Assembly: GCA_028534125.1 (NCBI GenBank)
Contig: CM052816.1
Span: 69,504,062-69,568,000 of the forward strand
Origin: Lama glama
Taxonomy: Eukaryota
DNA length: 63,939 bases
Direction of reading: 5' to 3'
Below, in pieces: positions 38,386-50,714 of the stretch (position 1 is the first letter of the stretch; every line of letters begins with the position of its first letter). Position numbers and translations under genes: made by a program. The notes beneath the pieces are model-generated. The model saw only the letters and a list, made by a program, of their open reading frames with translations, did not search any database and had not been told where the DNA came from.

Positions 38386-39679
38386 CCTTTCCCAGTGCAG
38401 GGTTGTAAAAGTAATTCCCTATATAGATCTCAAAGTTATTTTATTAGTACTATTAATATCGTTACTTTACCATTTAGGCCTTTAATCCTTCTGGATTTAA
38501 ACATATAATTTAGAAGCCAGTGATGCAGTATTTTCTCAGTTAGATTATGTGTTCATTGAGATCAACTTTTGTATCCTCCCCCATTCTGCCATCCTGATAC
38601 AGAGTAGAGGTTCAGTAAATACTTAGACTCATAGAACTTTGGAATTAGAAGGAATCTCTCAGTCGTTCCCTGACAAATATTATTTCTAGCCTCACAGCCA
38701 CAGTTTGTAGATGAACAAGCGAGCTCATCGAAAGGCTGTGTGACTTGCTCAAGGGATGGGACTCCTTAACACAGATGTTGGAACTCAAACTCAGTTCTCT
38801 CAGTTGTTCATGGATTGATTGATGACAGGAACCAAATAATGAATTCTTTCTAAGGTCAAAGAACTCTTTGGTAGCAAATTAGTAACAGTGCAAATTCCTT
38901 AAATTGTTTTTCTAAGTTTGGAATTCTAGAAGTCTGTTTTATCATAAAATGAAATTCAACAAACCAGTTGGTCAGAAGGTTGGATAGGAAGGGTGAGGCC
39001 CATATTATGGAGGTGAGCTGAGTACCATTGTCTGAGCGTGACCCATGGAGGGTGTGTGCAGATGGAGAAGCAAGGGAGAACCCGAGAAATGCCTGGAGAT
39101 GGGAACTGGTGGCTAGCCAGGTTCTCAGGAAGGTTTAGAGAATGTTTGCTGTGTCTGCTGCCTGGCTGATGGTGTATGGCTTTGTGCGGATGAGGTGATG
39201 GAGTCACGGGGAGAAAGGCACGCACACCTCTGGCCTTGAGCTCTGCCCCTGTTCTTGTGAAACCTTGAGGGGCTGCGAGTTGGGGCACAGTGACCCAGCA
39301 CACCCCTCCCACAGCTGCAGGGACTGCAGCCCAATTAGACAGGCTCAACACCTTACACAGAGTGTGGCTGTCTCATCTAAGGAAGGAGCATACGTCACAG
39401 TCGACATAACAGGGAGAGGGAAGGTAGGTCCAGCCACTACGAAGAGGAAATCCTCATGACGCGGGCCCTGAGCCTGAACTTTGGAGAATGTTATTCCTTT
39501 CGAGATTGATAGTAGGACTGATAGAATGAGAAACATGGCAAGTGGAGACTAGAAAAGTGATCTTCGAGGAACATCTATTTGACTCTGGGCCTGTTGGGTT
39601 TTAGGAGATGGTGGACCACCCAACTAACAGACTTCCCATTTATTTGTGTCTTCAGTTTCTTTCCTCAATGTCTTTTCAT

Positions 39680-40626
39680 TTTCAAAATAGAAATCTTTCA
39701 CCTTCTTTGTTAAATTTATATTTTATATTTTTGGTGCTGTTGTAAATGGTATCAATTTATTTTTCAGAAAATTCATGGTAGGTTTATAGAAATGCTACTG
39801 ATTTTTGTAGGTTAATTTCGTACCCTGCAACTTAACTGAGTCATTGATTACATCTAATAGGTTTTTGGTTGATTCTTTAGGATTTTCTATATATAAGATC
39901 ATGCATCTACAGAGACAATTTTACTTTTTCCTTCCCAATTCTGATACCTTTTTTTCTTTCTTTCTTGCCTGCTTGCTCTAGCTAGGATTTCTAGTGCTAT
40001 GTTGAATGGAAGTGGAGAGAATTGGCATCTTTGTCTTGTTCCTAATCTTAGAGGAGAAGTCTCCAACCTTTCACCACTGAGTATGAAGTTAGCTGTGGAC
40101 TTGTGTATTATGGCCTTTGTTATGTTGTGATATATTACTTACAAGCCTAATTTAAGAGTTTTTATTATGAATGAATGTTGAATTTTGTCAATTACTTTTT
40201 CTTCAACTATTGAGGTGATACTATTCCTTCATTCTATTAATGTGATAGATCACGTTGATTTTGTGTATGTTAACCATCTTTGCATCCCAGGTATAAATCC
40301 CTCTTGATCATGGTCAGTAATTCTTCTAATGTGCTGCTAAATTCAGTTTGCTAGTATTTTATTGAGAATTTTTGGACCAACACTCATGAGGGATATTGGT
40401 CTATAATTTTCTTTTCTGGTAGTATCCTTTTCTAGTTTTGGTATCAGGATAATACTGGCCTCGTAAAGTGAGTTTGGAAGTTTTCCCTCCTCTTCGATTT
40501 TTTGGAAGAGTTTGAGAAGAATTGGGGCTAATTCTTCTTTAAGTGTTTAGTAAAATTTACCAGTGGAGCCATCTAGTCCTGAGATGATCTTCACTGGGAG
40601 ATATTTTATTACTGATTCAATTTCCT
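39680..40626 (-). mobile_element. L1 ORF2 reverse-transcriptase region fragment (decayed)
   Basis: Contains 'ctatgttgaatggaagtggagagaattggcatctttgtcttgttcctaatctt' (antisense of xxSGTRQGCPxSPLxFNIVL) and 'ccatctttgcatcccaggtataaatccc.cttgatcatgg' (HDQxGFIPGMQxW). Confidence 0.92.
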
Positions 40627-41944
40627 GGGGAGAAAATTTAATAAAGTTTTTTCTCAGTTTCAAGATGTGTTCATATTTTCTTAACCTTGGTGCTTGTTGT
40701 GTAGCTTGTCTACAGATTATATAGGGAATCTAGTTTAACATAAAATTAGTTATTTTAAGATGACCCATACTAGTAAATTGAGTCACTACAAAAAGGCACA
40801 AAGTATATGATACTATTATTGTCCTGCCATTTATTGAGAGATTATTGTTTGAGAAGCATATTAAAATCATGTGATCTTAGGGAAAAAAACAACTTGTGAG
40901 ATAAGTATAATTATCTTCATTCTGTAGATGAGGAAATAAAAGACAAAAAAGCCAAATACAGCACATTTAGAAACAATATCTTAATATCTAGAGTGGTTCA
41001 TTTCCTTCTGATTCTGAATAGTTAATGTAGGATGATATTTTTACTAACACAACTATGGGGTGAATTATAGATTGCCAGACATGGTTGCTGTTAGTTTTGC
41101 TGGCTTATTTTTAATAGAGTAATCAAGGATTGGGACTTTGAACATCATTACATAATATTATTACTAGTGATTCAGGAGTTCGAAGACCTTGTTAATGTGG
41201 CTGAATATTTATTATCAGACTACTGATGGAACTGGATGGTATTTAACTAGTATTGCTGACCTGAAAGGAAGGTTTGTTTTAAAAGGCCAACATCTGTTTA
41301 GATAGTTCTTAATTGTGTTATTATAATAAGTGTTGGGTTTTCTATCAGAAATGAGTACTTTAAGAGAAACACTAACTTCCTAGAAGATCTTTAAAATGCT
41401 ACCCCAGATAGCCTACAGTGGAGAAAAAAGGCCCATAAAATCTTTCTAAGTCCATAATAAGTCAATAAAATATCAGATGACTACAGACAACACTGAAGAG
41501 AAACAGATTTCAGTTAGGTGTATAAAATAAAAGGGAATGTGCTTTTTTAAAAACAAGTATCTAAAAGCTGGCATTTATTATTTGTAAGTGTAGGGGTTTT
41601 GAGAGTAGTAACTAATAATTGATGACATTTTGAATATTAAGGAAGAAATACTGAGTTGGATAAAATGAATTTTAGCTGTTTTGTCTTTATGGTTTGAACT
41701 ATTTCAAAGGATTTCACAGAATGGCAATAGCATTTTATAGGGGCAGGAAAACCAACCTTAAAGAAAGTAGAACTTAAAATGATAAAAGGCAATAGGTAAT
41801 TTTTCACTCTAACTTGAGAGAGGCATTTCCCTCTATTTCATTTGCTAACATCAAAACACAGGATTTTCAAGTTACTCCACTGTTCTCCTTCTTTGAATGT
41901 GTAAGTTGTTGTGTAAGCTGTGTAGATCTAGTTTGTCTACACTG

Positions 41945-42050
41945 CAAGTGCCTAGAATCCAACCCAGGTGGTTCTGATTCAGTGACCCTGGGGGTAGGCA
42001 GGATCCAGAGATTTGCCATTTTTAAAGGCTGCCAAGGTTGGGAACCACTA
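41945..42050 (+). mobile_element. MER5A fragment
   Basis: Contains 'ggttctgattcagtgaccctgggggtagg..ccagagatttgccatttttaa...aggttgggaaccact'. Confidence 0.65.
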
Positions 42051-42569
42051 GAGTAAATCCACAACTCAGTACCATGTCTAACCAGTACCTTGAGAGGATT
42101 TCAAATTATAACAAGGAGCCCCATTGTTAAGGCTAGTTTTTGACTTGATCAGTTGTTGACTTGTTCAATCAGTCCACAAGCACTTTCTGAGTGTCTGGCA
42201 CTATGCTAGGCATTTCTAGTGAACTAGAAAGTTCCTGGTCTAGTTGGCTGGGAGAGGAGGATGTGGTGTCTGGCAAACTCCTGAACAGACACTTGCAGTG
42301 CAATGTGTTGGGTGCTGGAGAAAGAATATAAATAAGTTGTCATTTGAGTGTGGTTGAGGGATACCTAATGTACCCCAGAACAGGGCTTTTGGATGATATT
42401 TCATTTTGCCACAGAATCCCCCACTCTATACACATATGTGGTTATCCATATGCTTATGTAAATATTTATTTTTGAATTTAAAGTAAATTAGAGATGAGAA
42501 TTTAATGTCATCTTTTGAGAAACTGAGATGCTTGAAAATGTGGCAAAGCAGTAAAAATCATGGGTGCTC

Positions 42570-43013
42570 TATCAGTTCTACTCTCCAAAGTACAGCAGCT
42601 TAAATAAGCTGGAAAAGTTATTTCCGTAAACTTGGAAGTAAATAGTCTAGGGCTAATATTGTGGCTCCTGATCTTTTAGGATCCAGCCCCCTTCTATCCT
42701 GTTGCTTTATCTGCCAAAGCATGGCTTAAACCTCATTGTCCAAAATGGCTGCTTGGGCTCAAACCATCATGGCCACATTTTGGACAGTGGAAGGAAGGGC
42801 AAAGAATGGTATGCCTCCTTTAAGAAAACATCCTGGGATTTCATTTCAATTTTGCTTACTTCTCATATTTTAGAACTTTGTCACATGGTCACACTTAACT
42901 ATAAGTAAAGCTGGAAAGTACAGCATTTTCCTCACAGGGCCAAGTACACATTTCTCTTACTAAGGAAGGAGAGGAGAAGATATATTGTGGAACCCCTGGC
43001 AGTCTCTGCCACA
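42570..43013 (-). mobile_element. Old MLT1 (J/K-like) LTR
   Basis: Contains 'tccaaaatggctgct...gtcacatggtcacacttaact...aaggaaggagaggagaagatatattg...gcagtctctgccaca'. Confidence 0.7.
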
Positions 43014-43429
43014 GGGTCATAGACTCCCTATGCCCCAGGGAAACCAATGACTTTGAGAGCAATTTTTTTTTCAGGTGACTCTTTACCCATGTAAGTGTTA
43101 AGTATATCACCTTAGCTGCACTAATATTGGGGATAGAAAAGAGAAATTTTCAACTGATACGTGCCAGTATTTTACTGTAGAAGAGGTATTTGAACTGTAC
43201 TTTGCAGATGCCATTTTTTACTTAGAAAGATTAATGTCTTGGATAATAGGGTTAGTTATATCTAGATTATAGTATATGAAAGAAATTCTCAGAAAAATGG
43301 CATTAATTAAAGCCTTTTCATTTGCCACAGTCCCAAGTTAATTCAGTTTCTTACCTAATGCTAGTGATTGCTTCAGATGTTCCAAGTTGACCTGTCATTT
43401 CCAGTAGGGAAGATGCTCTAGGACGGAGC

Positions 43430-43590
43430 AAAACACTGCTGATCTTGGGTTCAGAAGACCTACATGTGGGTCCTGATTCTGCCACTTACTACCTTCGTCA
43501 CCTTAGAAGAATCACTGGTGGCCTAGTTCGCCGTCTGTAAAAGTAGCACCATGGTATTTGACCTCAGGATTATCGCTATGGGTTAGATTA
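43430..43590 (+). mobile_element. MIR fragment
   Basis: Contains 'ttcagaagacctac..ggtcctgattctgccacttacta...gtcaccttag...tctgtaaaa'. Confidence 0.6.
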
Positions 43591-44527
43591 GATAGCTGTA
43601 ACACTTCCAGTTTTTAAAATTAATTTATTTTATCTGTCTTTCACCAGTTGTAAATACCTGGCCCCAAATCTTAGACAGTTATAGTCAGTCTCTTCTGGGT
43701 TCAACTTTCGTATCTCTAAGAATGCCTTTTTAGCTCATGAAATGTGTTGAGTGCTTTATTCTTTATTGCAGCAACCCGACCTGTTTCCTTTGAGGGTGAT
43801 TTGGAAAATTTTTTTTAACTTAACCTTAGTCAAGGGTTTTCTTGTTCTTTGAAGTGACTATTGGTCTGTGAAGCTGGCTTTATGTCAAGGTCAAATTCTT
43901 GAGTCGGGACTGCTAAAGGCTATGAATGTAAGATGACTTTAGTGATAACCACTTATTCTTGTGCTCTGTGTTCCTGAAAAATACTCTGGGGACGGGGCGG
44001 GGAGGGGGTAATATGGGAAGAGTGGGGCATCCTTTGGGCCTAAGTTCAGTCTTCCGTCTTGTACTGCAGGCTGGTTTTAGAAATCAGGAAGGGAACATAC
44101 ACTGTCAGCTTTCTCAGTGTTCTCACAGTTCCTGGGTTCTTGGCTGTTGTTACAGTTTAGTTTTTGTCTGTTTTATTGTTGCTGTTGCTTCTTTTAGGGC
44201 CAGGGTTGGCGTTAAAAGTATTTCAGGGTCAGGATTTGGAGCTGGCAGTGCTGAGCACTGGGAAAGTAGTCACTTGCAGTGCTTCCAGGGCAAAAAGGGC
44301 CACTTAGCTCTGAATCTGGGCTCACCCTTGGCCATGAAAGATGCAGTGGCCAGGTTGCTGCTTCTTCTTGCATTCCCATTTTGGTTTTCAACTTTGTTAA
44401 CCTTACAGGTGGGATAACCAAAATGACAGGAAGGATGTTGGGAGTTAGTAATGTGGAAAGAATGGCCGGATACTTTCCTTTCTTCTTTGAAGTCTTTTCC
44501 ACACCCCTAAGGATATAAATTGATGAT

Positions 44528-44578
<51 letters not shown>
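44528..44578. repeat. (ATC)17 trinucleotide microsatellite
   Basis: A perfect ATC run that produces the spurious poly-Met ORF 44212-44577. Confidence 0.97.
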
Positions 44579-44580
<2 letters not shown>

Positions 44581-44589
44581 GTGGTACTC

Positions 44590-44740
44590 TTGTGGTTTTA
44601 TTTTTTACATTTAAAATTTGAATCCAGTTGGAATTTCTTTCAGAGTAAGCTGTGAGGCAGGGATGCAACTTAATTTTTTTCCCTCATGGTTAATCAGTTG
44701 CTTTGCCCCATTTGCTGAATAACCCATCTGTTTCCCACTG
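44590..44740 (-). mobile_element. Ancient L1M fragment
   Basis: Contains 'tttacattta..tttgaatccagttggaattt...tgtgaggcagggat...ccatttgctgaataacccatc..tttcccactg'. Confidence 0.6.
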
Positions 44741-46014
44741 TTAGTTTTCTGTAGATGGACCAGTGGCAGTTTTTGATTCAAATGTATTTTTGAAGACTTG
44801 GCACACTCAAGATATCCTGCAAGGATCACCTCCATTTGTCTTAATCAGCTAATGTGATACCCTCAGAAGGCAATGGTCTTAAAACATGGTTTCCATTTGG
44901 TATGCCAGGTTTTCAACTGTAATATTCTTGATGAATTTTTATTTTTGAGAATTGTATTATTTAAAGTTTTGTGTATACAGAGAAACTTTATTAATCTTGT
45001 CATTCTATTCTAAATTGGCATAATGTTAATTTTACAGCAATGTTCCTGCATCATAATCAGTTTACATATATACTTAGATGTTTTTTCTCCCCTTGTTTTT
45101 CTGTTCATATTGATCCATCCAGCTAATCATGACCTATCAGCACCCTGGTTGAGTTCTGATAATTGCAGACTGTTCTAATATCGTAGGATACCTCTCTGCT
45201 GATAGAGAGAGTTGGTAGAGTAGTAGGAAAGGAGGCAGTTATGCAAGTGTTCTGGAGTCACACACGTCACTTCCATTTCCAGTCCAGTGGTGTCACACGG
45301 CCACATTTGGCTTGCAAGGGAGGCTGGAAACTGCATTCTCTAGTTAAGTGGGCGTGTGGTGTCTAGTTAAATTTTATTAGTAAGGAAGATTCTAGGGTTC
45401 AGCATACTCTGGTGGGGCACTTCTTAGCTCAAGGGATTTCTGAAAGTGAAGTGAAGTGTAAACTTGCCTGCCTCTGCTCTCAAAAAACACTAGATGCTGC
45501 TTGTAATAAAAGATTTTTTTTGACCGGGATAGAGGTGTTTCCTGGGCATACCTGCATAGTCTTACCTTAAAAGCTTTCAGAGAAAACTAGTTAACTGTGG
45601 CCCCACTTTTTAGACTCCAGTCTTAAAATTTCAACAGGACGCTGTTGCTCTGTGGTTGTTAGGAATGGGCTTCAAGTGGAGGAGACTTCACGATCGTGCT
45701 GCATTTTTATGGGGAGTAGGGGGAGGAGATGAAATTCCCTGTGCTTCCCACAGATACCACTCTTGGGAAAGGTAAATTGTGTCAGCTACCAGGGTTTTTT
45801 TGGTTGATCCTCCACCCTTAGTTATAGTTCTGATGAAGTATGTATTTCTTCACACACGTCCTCTTGCCCTTCTTGCTGCTTTTGGGGGCCTTTTGGCCAT
45901 TTTCTTGCATAGCACATTTGTAAGACTGTTCTGACCTTGCCATCTTACTTGTAGGCCTTTATTCTTATTTTAGTTAAATTTCATATAATTTATTTCCATG
46001 TTTTTATATATACA

Positions 46015-46250
46015 GTTTTCAACCTCATTGAGATATAGTTGGCGTATACTATTGTGTAAGTTTAAAGTGTACAACGTGATGATTTGGTACATGTTTAGAT
46101 ATGTGAAATGATTACCACAATAAGCTGAGTTAACCTGTCTATCACCTCACATAATTACAATTTGTGGAGTGTGGGGGCTGGGGGATAAAAACATTTGAGA
46201 TCTACTCTCTTAGCAACTTTCAAATATATAATACAGCATTGTTACCATGA
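46015..46250 (-). mobile_element. L1MA9/10-type 3' end
   Basis: Contains 'ttgagatatagttgg..tattgtgtaagtttaaagtgtacaacgtgatgattt...atcacctcacataattac...gatctactctcttagcaactttcaaatata'. Confidence 0.8.
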
Positions 46251-48413
46251 TTTTAAAAAGGCCTGTCAGCAAGGTTAAACTCCTAGAGAGACATTCTTTC
46301 ATCTCAGATTTGAGAGGCTGAGAGGTAATATTTAAAGTAATAAGGATGTGTCTTAGGCTGATTGTTGAAAAATGTGTATTTTCCTTTACCTCGGGGCCCG
46401 ACACATGGGGCACCCATGTTTCTATCACCGTGAACCAGGCCAAGCCTTGTAAATGAGCAATTGCCCATATAACACAATTTGGGCAGATTGAAAATTGAAT
46501 CCTGGTTCATACTGACTTATCCTCACTATGTTTTAAACTTGCTCTGCCTGTGCTCAAAAAACCACAATATTTAAATGTGTTTGAGGCAGTTTAGTTGACT
46601 AATAGGAGGTTGTATTTCTTTGAGCACAGGCAGAAGATTTTAGTAAAATGAGATAAATATCTGAACATAAATAATAATTGGAGTAAGTTTACAAAATAAG
46701 AGATTAGAGAGTTTTAATGAATTTGAGAAAGAGAGGGGTTTTGTTTAAACAGTTATATCCAGTGGACAATATGTGATTACAGAGTGAGATACTGGCACAT
46801 TATAAAAGGCTCAGTAGAATTTCATTTAAGTGATGACAATAAGAAATTTATTCTTGGTCAGTCTGTTCCATCTGTCTAAGTTGTTGACTTGGAGATAACT
46901 GTGTTTTTTTTATAAAAAGGGCTCCTGGAGCAAATACATCATTTTCTTTTTGTACCTGATGCTGAGATTCTAATGGGTAAAGTTTACTCTTTAGTGGCTG
47001 TGGTTTGGTAATACCATTAATTTTTTTTGGTTTTCAATCAACTTTACTAATGTCAGTTGAGATGAATGATGCCAATTTATTCTTCATTAAAGGACTGTAC
47101 TTACCAGGCTGCTATGGCTGAGACTAACTGTAAAACCTCAAAGCTAGAAAGATTTCATGACCCATGATGGTATCTCATTGCTTCGTGGATCATAGAATTT
47201 GAGACTTAAAAAAGGAACAGTATGATCATCTGGTCAGATGATATCAATTGAAAAGGAGTAACTGTCCTTGCCAGAGTTTTAAATTGAAAGGTGGCGAAGA
47301 GGATTGTTTATACAACCACAGCTTGTGTCATCATCCCAGGAATCAGACATCATGCATTTTATTGATAAAGGCAATTATAAAAATCCTTTTCCGAATACTA
47401 GTCTCATGATTTAAAAACCAAACAGCAAGATCAAGTTTCTCATTATTACTTAAACCTTCTAATACCCTAGTTGATGAAATAACTAATTAGTTCCATTTCA
47501 TGAGATGCTTTGAATCAGTTATTAATTCCTGTAACGTACTAAAAGTTCCCTATTTGATTATTTTGAATTAAAAATGCTCATAGCACTTAAACAGTTTAGA
47601 AGTATAGTAAAAAGTTCTCCTATTACTTTTCCCATTAATGGATATTCCTTCTCAGAAATAGTTTAGTGAACTGTTAACATCTATCTGTGCTGAAACATGA
47701 GTACACAATGTACATTTCAAGAACATTAATTAGATCATACCACCCATTCTGTAACTTTTTTTAACTTAACTGTATATTTTAGACATTGTTCCATGTCATT
47801 ACATTACATTATTTTTAACTGTATAAAGAAAAGTGTGCACATTTTCACTCTTGTTTTCAAAGAAAGATGCAAAGAATTGAATTTTTTAACATTAACATGC
47901 AAACTTAAAGAAAGATAGACCCTTAATTTTGGTTTGCACCCTTCAAAGAACCCTTTTCAAAAGATTTTTAACAGGTCATTGGAAAGTCGAGGTTGTGAGT
48001 TGAGAGCAGTTTTAATATCTGGAGATTGAACTAATAATAGTAATCCCGGCGTTATCCACCCATATTAAATAAATATTTCTAAGTATTTAAAGTCATTATT
48101 ACTTAATAAATAATACATAATGTAAACAGATTATTTTGAATAGCTAGTTTATAATTAACTCATAAGAATTTAAGAAAGGTTATTTTTTAACAAGCATGTT
48201 GAAATGTGACCTCAGATTCACATTTACATTTAGTTAAGTCCAAACCAGATATAGTTTCACATTTTCTTAGTTCTTTTTAAAACATGCCATCAAAAAGTGA
48301 AAGTTAATAATTTTCATATGCTTTTATGTTACTATTTCATTATCTGAATGTTCTGGGATGAGGCCCAAACTTTTTGAAGTACAAGTCGTTTAGTGGTCTA
48401 TGAGCTTACATGT

Positions 48414-48427
48414 CCACTAGAGGGTGC
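48414..48427 (+). promoter_or_regulatory. CTCF-like core motif
   Basis: CCACTAGAGGGTGC has one C>T mismatch from the consensus. Confidence 0.35.
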
Positions 48428-48741
48428 ATTTTACTCTTTTTTGACAGAACTTTGTCTACTGTAATTGTGTTTTCAGTTTCATGGAGCAAGCTGTGTTAAC
48501 AACTATCAGAAAGAAAATTCCCTGAAATTCTGAAACATAGACAGTAGAAAGCTATCATATAAAAATGTAACTTATTAATATAAAGCAATCATATGATTAT
48601 TAAGTTAGTGGCCTTGGCAGTGAACGCTATAGTAGGCCACCAGGAGGGTGCACTATCGTATAGCAAAGGTTAGGAAAGCTTCATGGACAACGTAGGACCT
48701 GATGTGGCATTGAAAGACCAGTCAAGCTGAATAGGGTAATA

Positions 48742-50214
48742 CAGTGTTTCTCAAACTTTTTGATCTCAGGATCCATTTCTTCATACTACTAAGAATGATT
48801 AAAGTCCCTAAAAAAGCTTTGTTTACTTGGGTTATAGCTATCAATATTTAATAGATTAGCAAATAGACACTTTGAGAATATTTATTTACTAATTTGTATT
48901 AAAGTAACAGTAATAAACTATTAATATGAATAACATTTTTTCAATAAAAATATCTTCCAAAACAAAAAAATTAGTGAGAGGAGTGATATTATTTTACATT
49001 TTTGCAGATCTCTTTAATGTCTGGCTTAATAGAGACAGCTAGACTCTCATGTCTGCTCTGCATTTAATCTGTTGCACTAGGTGGCTTTCGTTAAAGTATA
49101 TAGAGAAAAAATTGAGGCTCATGCAGACATGAAGTTAGAATAGGGAGGAGTATTTTGATACTTTTTCTAATAATTGTGGGCATTCTTCTGTGATTCTGCT
49201 CTCAAACTCTTAAATGGGAGTTTATTAATGGTTAATTGCAATGTGGAACCTGAAACCAATCAGTGAACTTACTCTAGTCTATTGAGTTAAAAATCCATTG
49301 ACTATTAATCTTGGAATTTGAAAGGATCTCTTACCCATGCATGATTTTGGTTCATCAAGTTAGGCAGATCTCCCAAATGTCGATGTGCTATAAGAAAAAT
49401 CGCATTTGTTAATATCACTACTAATCTCATCAGGAAAGGGTTACAGTATTGGGAATTTATCATGGTGGCAGATACAGGTTTTCCAAAAATTTAATTTTCA
49501 TTTGAAAGCTTAACTTTTATCACCGACAGCAAATACTAACAGTTGTTTTCCTTAAATTGACAGGCTCACTTTGTTTATTTTTGAGAAAATGTTTATGAAA
49601 TGTGCAAGTTTGAGTAATTGTAGTGATTTTTTTTTCCAAGTAAAAATGGGATCCCATGAGAAAAAAAAGCTGGTTCAGTTCATAAGTAACTTTCCTTGCT
49701 TCCACCCTTATACTTTGATAGACAACAAAAATTCTCTATGTGTATTATTTCATCACACAATAACAAAAAGAAAAGTCATAATAAAGATAATACATGTAAT
49801 AATAATAAAATCTAATAGTAAAAAGAACTCATGTGTGGGTAAAAAAAATTCTTTGAAAGTCCAGGATAGACCAATGAATTTAATAAAATCAATAACGTTT
49901 ACTGAACCATCAAGGGTGTTTGTAAGTGAAACTGACACTACATTTACCAGTGCCTGGCAGTGAAAAATATAACTGCTGCTCTAGAGTTTGGTGCCGCCAC
50001 CATAATTTGTGCTAAGAGGCCAGCAGTTTTACCCACTCTTGATTTTGCACTGTCAGTGCAAATGTTAACACAGTGCAAGAGGTAAATAACATCTTCGTAG
50101 TATTATGAAAGTAATATTTCATAATAGTATTATTAGGAAAATAGCTTTGACCTTACAGATCCTCTGAAAGGGTCTTGGGGACCCGCAGAGTCCAGGGACA
50201 TTGAAAAACAGCTG
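48742..50214 (-). mobile_element. Near full-length Charlie1a-like hAT DNA transposon (about 1.47 kb) with transposase remnants
   Basis: The TIRs are CAGTGTTTCTCAA and TTGAAAAACAGCTG. Minus-strand ORFs 49753-49938 (LTNTLDGSVNVIDFIK) and 49520-49705 (ELNQLFFLMGSHFYLE) resemble Charlie/Buster transposase. Confidence 0.85.
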
Positions 50215-50714
50215 CACTAGTAGAGAGCAGGGCTGAGCGTTGTGCAGGCCACTGCAGACAAGGACAGTATGTGAGCAGCGGGAACTGAACAGGGATCTGA
50301 GAATGGACTGTAGTTGTTGGTTCCTGTGGGAACAGAAGGAAATCAGTGTAGAAAAGAATGTGTCTTGAAGGTGGAGTGGACCTTCGAGATACTTTAACAC
50401 AAATCCTGAGCCTCTCTTTTGTAGTCTTCATGAAACACTCCTCTCTTTCCGCACCAATCCTGTTTCTCTCTCACTTCTGCCCATTGGCTCTTGTGTTTTT
50501 ACCCCCAGAGGCACTATAGGGCCCTGCTTTTCCTATGCAGGCCTTAAATTATGAATATCAGAGTCTTGAGGCCCAGTAGAGGGTGAATTCTAATGCCAAG
50601 CTAAGGACTAGACTTTCTTCTGTAGACAGTAAGGAGTTTCTCTTACTCCAGCCCCTCTTTTCCTCCATGTCTCCCTCCCTCCCTCCCTCCCTGAGAATGG
50701 CATTGGACAATGAT

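Noticed and set aside
44212..44577. Poly-methionine ORF
   Set aside because: It is an artefact of the (ATC)17 microsatellite read on the - strand.
49520..49963. Domesticated ZBED/Buster transposase gene
   Set aside because: The remnants are short, broken and diverged, and lie inside an internally deleted Charlie1 element.
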